This document shows positions 40,364-49,230 of a DNA stretch of 64,000 bases, one piece after another. Positions within the stretch are counted from its first letter, which is position 1; every line of letters starts with the position of its first letter. The translations under genes and the position numbers were made by a program. The notes beneath the pieces are model-generated. The model searched no databases and was not told the DNA's origin. It worked only from the letters and a program-made list of their open reading frames with translations. Origin of the DNA: an uncultured bacterium (lineage in GTDB: Bacteria > Hydrothermota > Tepidihabitantia > Tepidihabitantales > DTDR01); the NCBI GenBank assembly GCA_938040315.1, contig CALHQW010000004.1, positions 32,700 to 96,699 of the forward strand, read 5' to 3'.

Positions 40364-41283
40364 TGGAATTTTTATTAGCAACAATTTTTATATTATTTCA
40401 AGGAATTTTAAGTGGCACCGAGACAGCAGTTGTTCGAACTAATTGGTTAAGATTAAAATTAAAAGCAAAAGAAAAGGGAATAAGTGAAAAGAAAATAAGG
40501 TTCTTAGAAAATAAAGAAGAAAATTTAATCATTACTTTAATTGGTACTAATATTTTTATCATTTTTGCTGCCTCTTTCTATTCCAGTTTTTTCATCCAAA
40601 ATTTAGGTAAAAATTTTGTTTTCCTTGCCATTATTTTTTCAACAACCTTTTCTTTTTTTATTGGTGAACTCATACCTAAAATTCTGGCTAGCAATTATCC
40701 AGAAAGTTGGTTATTACTCTTTTCTTCTTTTTATCGTTTCTTTTATTACTTCTTACAAATAGTTAGTCAACCTATTTATTTCCTATTAAAAGTTATTTTT
40801 TTATCAATAATAAAAAAGAGGAAAAATCTTCCTCTTCTTCAAAGAGATTTATTAACCTATCTTCAAAAATTTAAAAAAAGTAAGTTTATTGCTCAACAAG
40901 TATTAGCAGCAAAAAATATAAAAGTGAAAGAGATAATGATACCAATAGAATTAACTGTTGCTATTCCCGTGGATGCTGATATTTCTAAAATTTTAGAGAT
41001 AATGAAAGAATATCGTTATTCCCGCTATCCAATATATCAAAATAATAAAAATAATATTATTAAAATAATAACTTTAAAAGATTTATTATTTTTCCCACAA
41101 ATAAAATATCGTTCCCCCCTGTTTGTCCAGGAAACTCTTCGGATCACGGAAGTCTTTTCGGAAATGCGAAAAAAAAGAGAACATTTAGCCATTGTTATTG
41201 ACAAAAATAATAAGCCGATGGGCATAGTAACCTTAGAAGACATTATTGAAGAAATGGTTGGTGAAATAAGAAGGGAAGGTTAA
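40363..41283 (+). CDS. CNNM family membrane protein (DUF21-CBS, no CorC domain)
   Basis: SGTETA, LIGTN, GELIPK, YSRYPIY, GIVTLEDIIEEMVGEI. Confidence 0.85.
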   Translation: MEFLLATIFILFQGILSGTETAVVRTNWLRLKLKAKEKGISEKKIRFLENKEENLIITLIGTNIFIIFAASFYSSFFIQNLGKNFVFLAIIFSTTFSFFIGELIPKILASNYPESWLLLFSSFYRFFYYFLQIVSQPIYFLLKVIFLSIIKKRKNLPLLQRDLLTYLQKFKKSKFIAQQVLAAKNIKVKEIMIPIELTVAIPVDADISKILEIMKEYRYSRYPIYQNNKNNIIKIITLKDLLFFPQIKYRSPLFVQETLRITEVFSEMRKKREHLAIVIDKNNKPMGIVTLEDIIEEMVGEIRREG

Positions 41284-41351
41284 TTTAAATTGGTTGACTT
41301 AAAAAATTTTTTTAATTATAATAAGCAAACTTTTTGAATAAGGAGGAGAAA

Positions 41352-42797
41352 ATGATTTTAAAGTTATCTAATGGAAAAGAGATTCCGATAGATATGTATA
41401 AAGCAAGAGTAGTTCAAAAGATTCATCTACCCAATGTTGAAGAGCGATTAAAAGCGATTGAAGAAGCCGGTTATAACACTTTTCAATTGAAAACCAAAGA
41501 TGTGTTTTTAGATATGTTAACTGATAGTGGAGTAAATGCTATGTCCCAGGAGCAATGGGCGGGTTGGATTGCTACCGATGATGCTTATGCGGGTAGTATG
41601 ACCTTTTATAAATTTGCTGAAATTGTAGAAGAAATTTTAGGTTATAAATATGTGATGAATGTTCACCAAGGAAGGGCGGCTGAACATCTTTTGGCAAAGG
41701 TTTTTATTAAGCCAGGAATGGTTGTTGCTACCAATTATCATTTCACCACTACCAAAGCCCATATTGAATTAGCCGGTGCCGAATGTATCGAAATTTATAT
41801 TGATGAAGCATTAAAAACAAAAAGTAATTTTCCTTTTAAAGGAAATATGGATCCAGAAAAATTGAAGGCACTAATTAAAAAGTACGGTAGAGAAAAAATT
41901 GCCTATGTGCGAATGGAGGCTACTACTAATCTTCTTGGTGGTCAACCTTTTTCAATGGAAAATTTAAGAGAAATAAGAAAAATATGTGATGAACACAAGT
42001 TGTTATTGGTATTAGACGGTAGTCTGGTCGCAGAAAATGCCTATCTAATTAAAAAAAGAGAACCGGGATATGCAAATAAAACCGTCGCTCAAATTGTAAA
42101 AGAGATTTGTGCTCTACCAGATTTATTTTATTTAAGCGGCAGAAAGAATACCTGTGTAAGAGGTGGTTTTATTGCTACAAATAACAAAGAATTATTTGAA
42201 ATGATTCAACCTTGGCTACCAGTCTACGAGGGATTCTTTACTTATGGAGGTATGTCAATGAGAGAGATTGGTGCCATGGCCGAAGGATTAAAGGAAATGG
42301 TCGAAGAAGATGTTGCTGGTTGTGCAATTGAACAAATTAAATACTTTGTTGGAAAATTAGAGGAATTAGGAATTCCCGTGGTTACTCCGCCGGGTGGCCT
42401 TGCGTGTCATTTAGATGCTGAAAAATTTTTACCCCATATTCCAAAAAGTGAATATATTGCTGGTGCTCTTACTGCTGCTTTATACCTTGCTTCGGGAATA
42501 AGAGCAATGGAACGGGGTACGATTTCTATGGATAGAGATAAAGAAGGTAAAGAGGTATTTGCCGATTTAGAACTGACAAGAATTGCTTTACCTCGTCGGG
42601 TTTTTAATCTTTCCCACATTGAATACGCAATTGATCGAATACTTTGGCTTTATAAACACCGAGATTTAATTAAGGGTTTAAGATTTATATATGAACCACC
42701 GGTGCTTAGATTTTTTTTAGGAAAATTAGAGGCAATAAATAATTGGGGAAGAGATTTATGTGAAGCCTTTAAAAAAGATTTTGGGAAAGAATTATAA
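41352..42797 (+). CDS. Beta-eliminating lyase, tryptophanase/tyrosine phenol-lyase family (TPL-type residues)
   Basis: DMLTDSG, DAYAGS, HQGRAAE, HFTTT, SGRK (PLP Lys), TYGG, MERG, RIALPRRV, LRFF; AGGAGG SD before ATG 41352. Confidence 0.85.
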   Translation: MILKLSNGKEIPIDMYKARVVQKIHLPNVEERLKAIEEAGYNTFQLKTKDVFLDMLTDSGVNAMSQEQWAGWIATDDAYAGSMTFYKFAEIVEEILGYKYVMNVHQGRAAEHLLAKVFIKPGMVVATNYHFTTTKAHIELAGAECIEIYIDEALKTKSNFPFKGNMDPEKLKALIKKYGREKIAYVRMEATTNLLGGQPFSMENLREIRKICDEHKLLLVLDGSLVAENAYLIKKREPGYANKTVAQIVKEICALPDLFYLSGRKNTCVRGGFIATNNKELFEMIQPWLPVYEGFFTYGGMSMREIGAMAEGLKEMVEEDVAGCAIEQIKYFVGKLEELGIPVVTPPGGLACHLDAEKFLPHIPKSEYIAGALTAALYLASGIRAMERGTISMDRDKEGKEVFADLELTRIALPRRVFNLSHIEYAIDRILWLYKHRDLIKGLRFIYEPPVLRFFLGKLEAINNWGRDLCEAFKKDFGKEL

Positions 42798-42802
42798 TTA
42801 AT

Positions 42803-43618
42803 TTACCAACGACTACCAAAAGCGATAAATTGCCAATCATCATTTTCCTTTTTAAAAAACATTTCTACTCCTCTTATTCTAAAATGGGAATTTTTTTGAA
42901 ATTCATAAATAATTGGAATAATATCAATATAACCTTTAGCAAAATTGTCAAATATTCGGATAGTGCCAAAATCAATATAATATTTTAATTTTAAACGATA
43001 AGCATTTTTTTTAATCTCTTCTAAAGTAAGCCATTTTATTCGCATATTAGGAAAAGAAATATTATGTTCTAATTCTCTTTCTTTTTTTAAGATCACTAAA
43101 TAACTTTCTTTTCTAAATTTTGGGATTATTTTGCTAATTTTATTCTCATAAAAAGCTATTTCGATCATTTTTTTTAAAATCTTTTTCAATTCTTCTTTAT
43201 TTTTATTACCATAATTAAATTTATTATAATCTAATATCTTAGAAATCCAAACTAAACGCCAAGTATCTTTTAAATTAAGCCAATTAGTAGCAATATAATA
43301 GTAATCTTTACTTTTTTCAAAATATATATAAATGGATACAATTGCTGAATACTTTGTTGGATTTATATATCTTGTTCTTACAGCAGCAATTTTCCTATCT
43401 TTTAACCATTCTCTCATAGCCTTGACAAAACTATCGTAACTAATCTCTTTACGGAAAGTGGAATTGAAAAGTTGATAAATCGTTAAAAAATTAGATTTTC
43501 TAAGGGCCTGATTAAATTTTGAAGATTTTTCTAAAAGTTGTAAGAAATCCGATTTTTTACTATTATTTTCGCAATTAATTAAAAGATTTATTAAAAAAGA
43601 GATTATTAAAAAGTTCAT
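42803..43618 (-). CDS. Hypothetical protein, possible lipoprotein
   Basis: Hydrophobic N-terminus ending LLINC; W-x-L/F strand ends suggest NTF2-like domains. Confidence 0.5.
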   Translation of the reverse strand: MNFLIISFLINLLINCENNSKKSDFLQLLEKSSKFNQALRKSNFLTIYQLFNSTFRKEISYDSFVKAMREWLKDRKIAAVRTRYINPTKYSAIVSIYIYFEKSKDYYYIATNWLNLKDTWRLVWISKILDYNKFNYGNKNKEELKKILKKMIEIAFYENKISKIIPKFRKESYLVILKKERELEHNISFPNMRIKWLTLEEIKKNAYRLKLKYYIDFGTIRIFDNFAKGYIDIIPIIYEFQKNSHFRIRGVEMFFKKENDDWQFIAFGSRW

Positions 43619-43625
43619 ACGTAAT

Positions 43626-43701
43626 CGGGCCCGACCGGATTTGAACCGGCGCTCTTCGCCGTGACAGGGCGACGTGTTTATCCAGGCTACACTACGGGCC
43701 C
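43626..43701 (-). tRNA. tRNA-Asp(GTC)
   Basis: GGGCCCG acceptor, anticodon loop CTGTCAC, GGTTCAAATCC; no CCA. Confidence 0.95.
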
Positions 43702-43735
43702 TTTTTATATTATTATAAAAATTCTCTTTTTAAAG

Positions 43736-46555
43736 TCAATTACTATAGAAAATAGTAAATTTTTTGATACTTCTATTAAAACCGGTTTCTAATACAACAA
43801 AATATAAGCCCGAAACAACTAATCTTCCTTTTTTATCTTTTCCTTCCCAATAAGCACCGATTTCTTCCAAAATTTCTTTTTTTTCGTATCTTCCGGGAGT
43901 AGTCAATTTCTTAGTATTTAACTCTTTCTCAAAAATCAATTTACCCTTTAAATTATAAATTTTCAAATTTGCCCATCGAGAAGGGTTTTTTAATCTCAAA
44001 GGAAAATAAACTTTTTCACTCTCCGTTTTTTTAATAAAAGGTTGAGGATAGATATCACCAATTTCGTCTTCCTGGTAGGAAACAAATTTTTCGGGATAAA
44101 TTTTTAATAAAGAATCAATATTAGGAATTCCATAACCTAAGGTACAAGAAGGAATACTTTCACTGGCTGTTTTGAATAACGCTTCTCTCACTTCTTCTAT
44201 TTTCCAATGTGGATGGGCTTCCAAAATTAAAGCACAGAGTCCAGCAACCAAAGCAGTAGCGGAAGAAGTTCCGATTGAATATTCAAAGGCACCATCTTCA
44301 TCAGGTTTGGCAACAACCGCATTATATGCTAAAGCAACTAAATCGGGTTTAATTTTACCATATTTAGCAGTTGGACCAGCACCACTTCCACGCCAACAAG
44401 AGGAATCAGGCATAACTCCACCAATTGTAAGAACTCCTTCTGCATCACCAGGTGCTACTAAATAAGGTTTGGGCCAAGGATATTTTAAACTATCAGAACC
44501 ACGATTTCCCATTGCGGTTACAATTATTAATCCTCTTTGAGCAGCAATGTTTGCGGCTAAAGAGGTTATTGCTGTCCTACCATCAAACATACTATCTTCA
44601 TACCAACCTCGGTATCCCAAAGAAGAAGAAATTATTTGGGCACCATTTTTTTCACACCATTCTAATCCTTTTACCCAATTATCCTCTTCAATAATATATT
44701 CGTAATATTCACCGGTTTTGTATTTATATTCTTCAGTTTTGGCAATTAAAAATTCAGCAGCCGGAGCCACTCCAATTAAATATCGAGGTGCATAACCAGC
44801 AATCAATGAAACCATTCGAGTCCCATGATAAGGCTGCTCTTTGAAATCCTCTTCTTCTTCATAATCGGTATTATCATCTCCCTGAGAATTGTAAATTAAC
44901 CAAATATCGTTATTAAATTCGTAAAGAATTGGATTATAAAGAAATTCGTTAGTATCATTAAACAAAATATTTTTACTATCAAAATCTAAGAGATAAATAT
45001 TTGAATCCATTTCATAAATTAAATAAATTTTATTTTTTATTAAAAAATCAAAATTACCTAAAAAAGCTCTATCTTTTAAAATTACTTCTTTTTCTTTCCA
45101 CCTTTCTCCAAAATTAGTTGAATAAGAATAAACTAAATTAATTAAAGGTGGATTCTCGCATTCCTTTACTAAAAGATAAATAGTATCCTTATTATTTTTG
45201 ATTTGAAAATCAGAAACATTGGAAAAAGAATTTAAACTATCTAAACGATAATTTTCTCCATCATTAGTTTTTAAATAATAAATCTTACCTTCTTTGGATA
45301 AACAAAAGATATAATAATTTAAACTATCTTTAAAAAGAATGACGGGCTTCTTTATCTTTTGATTAAAGGAATGAACCGTTTTTGTCTTTTGCCAAATAAT
45401 TTCTAAACCAATAATATTTGCTTTTTTAATCTTTAATATTGAATCTTTATATATAAAGGCAAGATACAATTTATCATCAGAATAAAATAAATAAGGTTGA
45501 CTACCGTTTTCTATTTTGAATGCATTTTGAAAATCGGTATAATAAAAATAACTAAAGTATATTTCTTTATTTTTTTCATAAGAATCTGAGCCATCAAAGG
45601 CAATAAAAGTCATATTGGTTTGGTTATTGGTGAGGGAAAAATTATGAAAAACTATCTGAGGTAAATAATAAGAAATTGATTTTATTGGTTGCCAATTATC
45701 TCTTTGGTGATAAGTATAAACGAGAGTTCTTTTTGGTATCCCTAAATATTGAGTGTCAGTTATAAAAAAGAGCGAAGGTAACTTTTCACCATTAACATTA
45801 AAAAGATAATCTACTTTTGGATTTTCTATCATTCGAAAATTTCTTAAATTTGGAATACTCTCCTTTTGAAAATTCTTAGATTTTTTAGCAAGAAAAAAAT
45901 CACCACCAGCAAGAAAATCATGCTCTTTTATTACTTTAATACCTTCTACTGCTCTATTGACCGTAGTATCGTCTGAACTTTTTCTTTTCCTTTTTAAACC
46001 GGTATCTAATAAACCTATTCTCACATTAGACCCATATATTCCTTTTTTGTGAACCTTATCTACTCCCAGCATAGCAATTTGACGATAAGAATATCCATAA
46101 AAGACAGTATCTTTATTTTCTTTTTCTAATTTTATACTTTTTGGTACTTGAAAAGTTATTGCTTTTAAAGGGCGAATATCATAGATAAAAGGTAAATTTT
46201 TTAACGAAGATAAGACCTCTTTGGGAATTTCGCAACTTACACCATTTATCCAATTAGAAACATATCTTATCTTTATCCCTAAATTTTTTAATTCTTCTAT
46301 ATATTTTTCATAAACTGGTAGATCATAAAAATCAGAAATCTTTCCTAAAGTATTTAATCTTCTTTCAATTGTTTTGGGATGAAACTTACAATCAAATTTT
46401 TCTAAAATATTATTATATTCTTTCTCAGTAAAAAAACCTTTATCAGTAAAAAGCACCCAATATCTTTCATTATTTAAATTCATCAATTTTTTATAATCCA
46501 GATTTAAAGGAGGACGATAAAAATTATAATAAAAAAATAAGAAAAATATTAACAT
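43736..46555 (-). CDS. S8 subtilisin-like serine peptidase with inserted propeller-like domain and FlgD/T9SS-like C-terminus
   Basis: LDTG, HGT, AMGN and GTSSAT triad motifs; YWVLFTDKG prodomain; WEGKDKKGRLVVSGLYF tail. Confidence 0.88.
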   Translation of the reverse strand: MLIFFLFFYYNFYRPPLNLDYKKLMNLNNERYWVLFTDKGFFTEKEYNNILEKFDCKFHPKTIERRLNTLGKISDFYDLPVYEKYIEELKNLGIKIRYVSNWINGVSCEIPKEVLSSLKNLPFIYDIRPLKAITFQVPKSIKLEKENKDTVFYGYSYRQIAMLGVDKVHKKGIYGSNVRIGLLDTGLKRKRKSSDDTTVNRAVEGIKVIKEHDFLAGGDFFLAKKSKNFQKESIPNLRNFRMIENPKVDYLFNVNGEKLPSLFFITDTQYLGIPKRTLVYTYHQRDNWQPIKSISYYLPQIVFHNFSLTNNQTNMTFIAFDGSDSYEKNKEIYFSYFYYTDFQNAFKIENGSQPYLFYSDDKLYLAFIYKDSILKIKKANIIGLEIIWQKTKTVHSFNQKIKKPVILFKDSLNYYIFCLSKEGKIYYLKTNDGENYRLDSLNSFSNVSDFQIKNNKDTIYLLVKECENPPLINLVYSYSTNFGERWKEKEVILKDRAFLGNFDFLIKNKIYLIYEMDSNIYLLDFDSKNILFNDTNEFLYNPILYEFNNDIWLIYNSQGDDNTDYEEEEDFKEQPYHGTRMVSLIAGYAPRYLIGVAPAAEFLIAKTEEYKYKTGEYYEYIIEEDNWVKGLEWCEKNGAQIISSSLGYRGWYEDSMFDGRTAITSLAANIAAQRGLIIVTAMGNRGSDSLKYPWPKPYLVAPGDAEGVLTIGGVMPDSSCWRGSGAGPTAKYGKIKPDLVALAYNAVVAKPDEDGAFEYSIGTSSATALVAGLCALILEAHPHWKIEEVREALFKTASESIPSCTLGYGIPNIDSLLKIYPEKFVSYQEDEIGDIYPQPFIKKTESEKVYFPLRLKNPSRWANLKIYNLKGKLIFEKELNTKKLTTPGRYEKKEILEEIGAYWEGKDKKGRLVVSGLYFVVLETGFNRSIKKFTIFYSN

Positions 46556-46573
46556 TTTATTAATCCTTTTATA

Positions 46574-46855
46574 TTAATAACTTAATCCTCTCCAAAAAGA
46601 AAACCAACGAGTACCAAGAAAAACACTGATAAATATTATTCCAATTATTAAACCAACGATACCTAAAATTAGATATAACTGACCGATTTTTTTAATTTTT
46701 GTTTTTTTCAAAGAAAGAAAAACAATTCCTAAAAGAATTCCAATAATTGGACAAAAAAAAGATAAGAAGGCACCATAAATAATTCCCATTAAAGTAAAAA
46801 AATCAATAAAGAAATTAAGTTTTTCAAAATTAATTTGATTATTCTCGTTATTCAT
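46574..46855 (-). CDS. Small two-TM membrane protein
   Basis: GGAGG SD, FFCPIIGILLG, two hydrophobic segments. Confidence 0.6.
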   Translation of the reverse strand: MNNENNQINFEKLNFFIDFFTLMGIIYGAFLSFFCPIIGILLGIVFLSLKKTKIKKIGQLYLILGIVGLIIGIIFISVFLGTRWFSFWRGLSY

Positions 46856-46883
46856 TTTTCCTCCGTTTTTTATTATTTTTTTC

Positions 46884-46957
46884 TACCCCGCGCAGGAGTC
46901 GAACCTGCAGCCCTCGGATTAAGAATCCGATGCTCTACCAATTTGAGCTAGCGGGGC
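46884..46957 (-). tRNA. tRNA-Lys(CTT)
   Basis: TCGGA-TTCTTAA-TCCGA anticodon arm, GGTTCGACTCC; no CCA. Confidence 0.93.
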
Positions 46958-46968
46958 AGTAATTTAAA

Positions 46969-47042
46969 TGCGCCCGGCGCGACTCGAACGCGCAACCTAC
47001 GGGTTCGAAGCCCGGCGCTCTTTCCAATTGAGCTACGGGCGC
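46969..47042 (-). tRNA. tRNA-Arg(TCG)
   Basis: GCGCCCG acceptor, CCGGG-CTTCGAA-CCCGT anticodon arm, GTTCGAGTC; no CCA. Confidence 0.92.
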
Positions 47043-47047
47043 AAATA

Positions 47048-47121
47048 GGTGAGCGACGGGAGTCGAACCCGCAACCCGTGGAGCCACAGTCCACTGCTCT
47101 ACCAATTGAGCTACGCTCACC
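47048..47121 (-). tRNA. tRNA-His(GTG) with encoded G-1
   Basis: G-GTGAGCG, GTGGA-CTGTGGC-TCCAC, C73; no CCA. Confidence 0.94.
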
Positions 47122-47131
47122 ATAAAATAAT

Positions 47132-47205
47132 CGCGCCTGGAGGGATTCGAACCCCCGACCGTCGGATTAGAAATCCGATGCTCTCTCCAACTGAGCTACA
47201 GGCGC
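47132..47205 (-). tRNA. tRNA-Arg(TCT)
   Basis: GCGCCTG acceptor, TCGGA-TTTCTAA-TCCGA; no CCA. Confidence 0.94.
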
Positions 47206-47208
47206 CTA

Positions 47209-47283
47209 TCGGGGAGACTGGATTTGAACCAGCGACCCCCTCGTCCCAAGCGAGGTGCGCTTGCCAGGCTGCGCTACTCCCCG
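47209..47283 (-). tRNA. tRNA-Pro(TGG)
   Basis: CGGGGAG acceptor, CCTCG-CTTGGGA-CGAGG; no CCA. Confidence 0.95.
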
Positions 47284-47343
47284 ATTTATATTATAAATAT
47301 AAAAAAATTTATCTTTTAGTCAAGTTGAAAATTAAACAGTTAA

Positions 47344-47377
47344 GAGGTTATATAAAGATTGAGGTTATATAAAGATT
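47344..47377. repeat. Perfect 17-bp tandem direct repeat
   Basis: GAGGTTATATAAAGATT twice (47344-47360, 47361-47377). Confidence 0.85.
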
Positions 47378-47439
47378 GAATTAAAATAAAAATTTGAATA
47401 TAATTTATAATGTATGAAATTTTTAATTAGGAGGAAAAA

Positions 47440-49230
47440 ATGAAAAAAATTAATTTTATATTATTTTTTTGCCTCTTTCTTATCTCCTCTTTTTTAAAAA
47501 GTGAAGAAACAAAAATGGAAGCCAAAGTATATTTCAAAACCGCCGATGAACTTTTTACTAAAATGGGAAAATTATTCTCCCAATTAGATATTGTTACTGT
47601 TGGTGAAGAAGAGGAAAGTTATTTCCTTACAATTATTACTAACCAAAAACAAATTGAAGAAATAAAAGAAAAAGGATTTAAAATAGAAATAACTTACTAT
47701 AATATTAAAGATAAATTTAAAGAAATGACTGGAGTTGATCCAGATGATCCTGAACTCCTTAGAGACTTTGGTTATTTCTTCACTTATTGGGAAATGATTG
47801 ACACCATTCAGAGATTAGCAAATAATTTTCCTCATTTAGTAAGAATTTATGAAATTGGCAGAAGTCATCAAAATCGTCCTTTATGGTGTGTAAAAATCAG
47901 TGATTACCCTGATTCTAACGAAAATGAACCGGCTGTATTTTTCAATGCCGCTACCCATGCCCGAGAACCAATGGGAGTTTCTATACTTATTTACTATATG
48001 ACTTATCTTTTAAATAATTATGATCCAACCAACAGCAATAATTTAATAACTTGGCTTATTAACAATCGTGAAATCTATTTTGTACCTGTTATGAACCCCG
48101 ATGGCTATGTTTATAATTCCGATTCTGGGGGTGCTGCGGCTAATTGGCGAAAAAATAGAAGAATTATTCAATCTCCATATGTCGGTGTTGATTTAAATAG
48201 AAATTATGGTTATAAATGGGCATATGATAACATCGGCTCTTCACCTAATCCAAGTAGTGAAACCTACCGAGGACCGGAAAGATTTTCTGAACCAGAAACA
48301 AGAGTTGTAAGAGATTTTATGCTTTCTAAAAAAATAAGAGCCCAGATTGATTATCATACTTATGGTAGATATAATATGTATCCCTGGGGATACGACACCT
48401 TTACTCCGCCTGATGTGCGAACTTTAAGAGAGGTTGTTGATTCTTTTAGATTATACAATAATTATTCTGCCTCTCGAACTGGACAAATTGCTAAAGTTTT
48501 ATATACTGCCAATGGAAGTTCGGTCGATTGGGAATATGCTGATACTTTATGGGAAGGTGAAAGAAAATTCATTACTTATGCTTTCACAATTGAAGCTTCT
48601 ATCAACGATTTCTGGTACGGCTGGAATGATAGTGCCTTTATTAGACAAGAATGTGAAAGAAATTTAGGAGTAAATCTCTATCTTACTAAAGTTAGTGGTG
48701 CTTTTTTAGAAGTGAAAAATATAAAGATTTATGACTTTTTTGGTAATCAAGATAGTATTTTAAATCCAAATGAATCTGCTTATATTTATCTTACGATTAA
48801 AAACCGAGCAATTCATCCTCTCGATTCTGTTTATAATCTATTTATCAAACCAACTACCGAAAATCCTTATTTGATTATTATTGATACTATCTTTAATTTC
48901 CCAAATATTATAAGAAATGATACCCAAATTGGTCTCTTTAAAGTTTATGTTAAAGAAGAAATTCCATCAGAAAGTGTGATGATAAATCTTAACTGTAATT
49001 ATTTAAACGATAGTTATTTTATAAATCAAATATTAAAATTTAAAATTTTTGTCCAATCTTCTCAATTAGTAAAAGAAAAAAGAAATATTAAAAATATTAT
49101 TTCTTCTGATTTCTGTGAAAAATATTCTTTTTATTTGCCCACTGGTCAGAAATACAAAGGCAAACTTAAAAAGGGAGTCTATTTCTTTTTAAAAGAAAAT
49201 AAAGGATATAAAATTTTGATAATAAAATAG
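47440..49230 (+). CDS. M14 zinc carboxypeptidase (carboxypeptidase T-like), secreted, short T9SS-like tail
   Basis: Signal peptide, HARE, MNPDGY, WRKNRR, GVDLNRNY, DYHTY, FTIE; KGVYF tail. Confidence 0.9.
   Translation: MKKINFILFFCLFLISSFLKSEETKMEAKVYFKTADELFTKMGKLFSQLDIVTVGEEEESYFLTIITNQKQIEEIKEKGFKIEITYYNIKDKFKEMTGVDPDDPELLRDFGYFFTYWEMIDTIQRLANNFPHLVRIYEIGRSHQNRPLWCVKISDYPDSNENEPAVFFNAATHAREPMGVSILIYYMTYLLNNYDPTNSNNLITWLINNREIYFVPVMNPDGYVYNSDSGGAAANWRKNRRIIQSPYVGVDLNRNYGYKWAYDNIGSSPNPSSETYRGPERFSEPETRVVRDFMLSKKIRAQIDYHTYGRYNMYPWGYDTFTPPDVRTLREVVDSFRLYNNYSASRTGQIAKVLYTANGSSVDWEYADTLWEGERKFITYAFTIEASINDFWYGWNDSAFIRQECERNLGVNLYLTKVSGAFLEVKNIKIYDFFGNQDSILNPNESAYIYLTIKNRAIHPLDSVYNLFIKPTTENPYLIIIDTIFNFPNIIRNDTQIGLFKVYVKEEIPSESVMINLNCNYLNDSYFINQILKFKIFVQSSQLVKEKRNIKNIISSDFCEKYSFYLPTGQKYKGKLKKGVYFFLKENKGYKILIIK

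Noticed and set aside
44884..45898. Intein in the S8 peptidase
   Set aside because: No N-terminal Cys/Ser block, no His-Asn C-terminus and no LAGLIDADG motif; Asp-box-like motifs suggest a propeller.
46935..47372. ORFs 46935-47123 (-) and 47049-47372 (+), also 54092-54304 (-) and 54477-54707 (-)
   Set aside because: Shadow translations of tRNA genes with no protein motifs.
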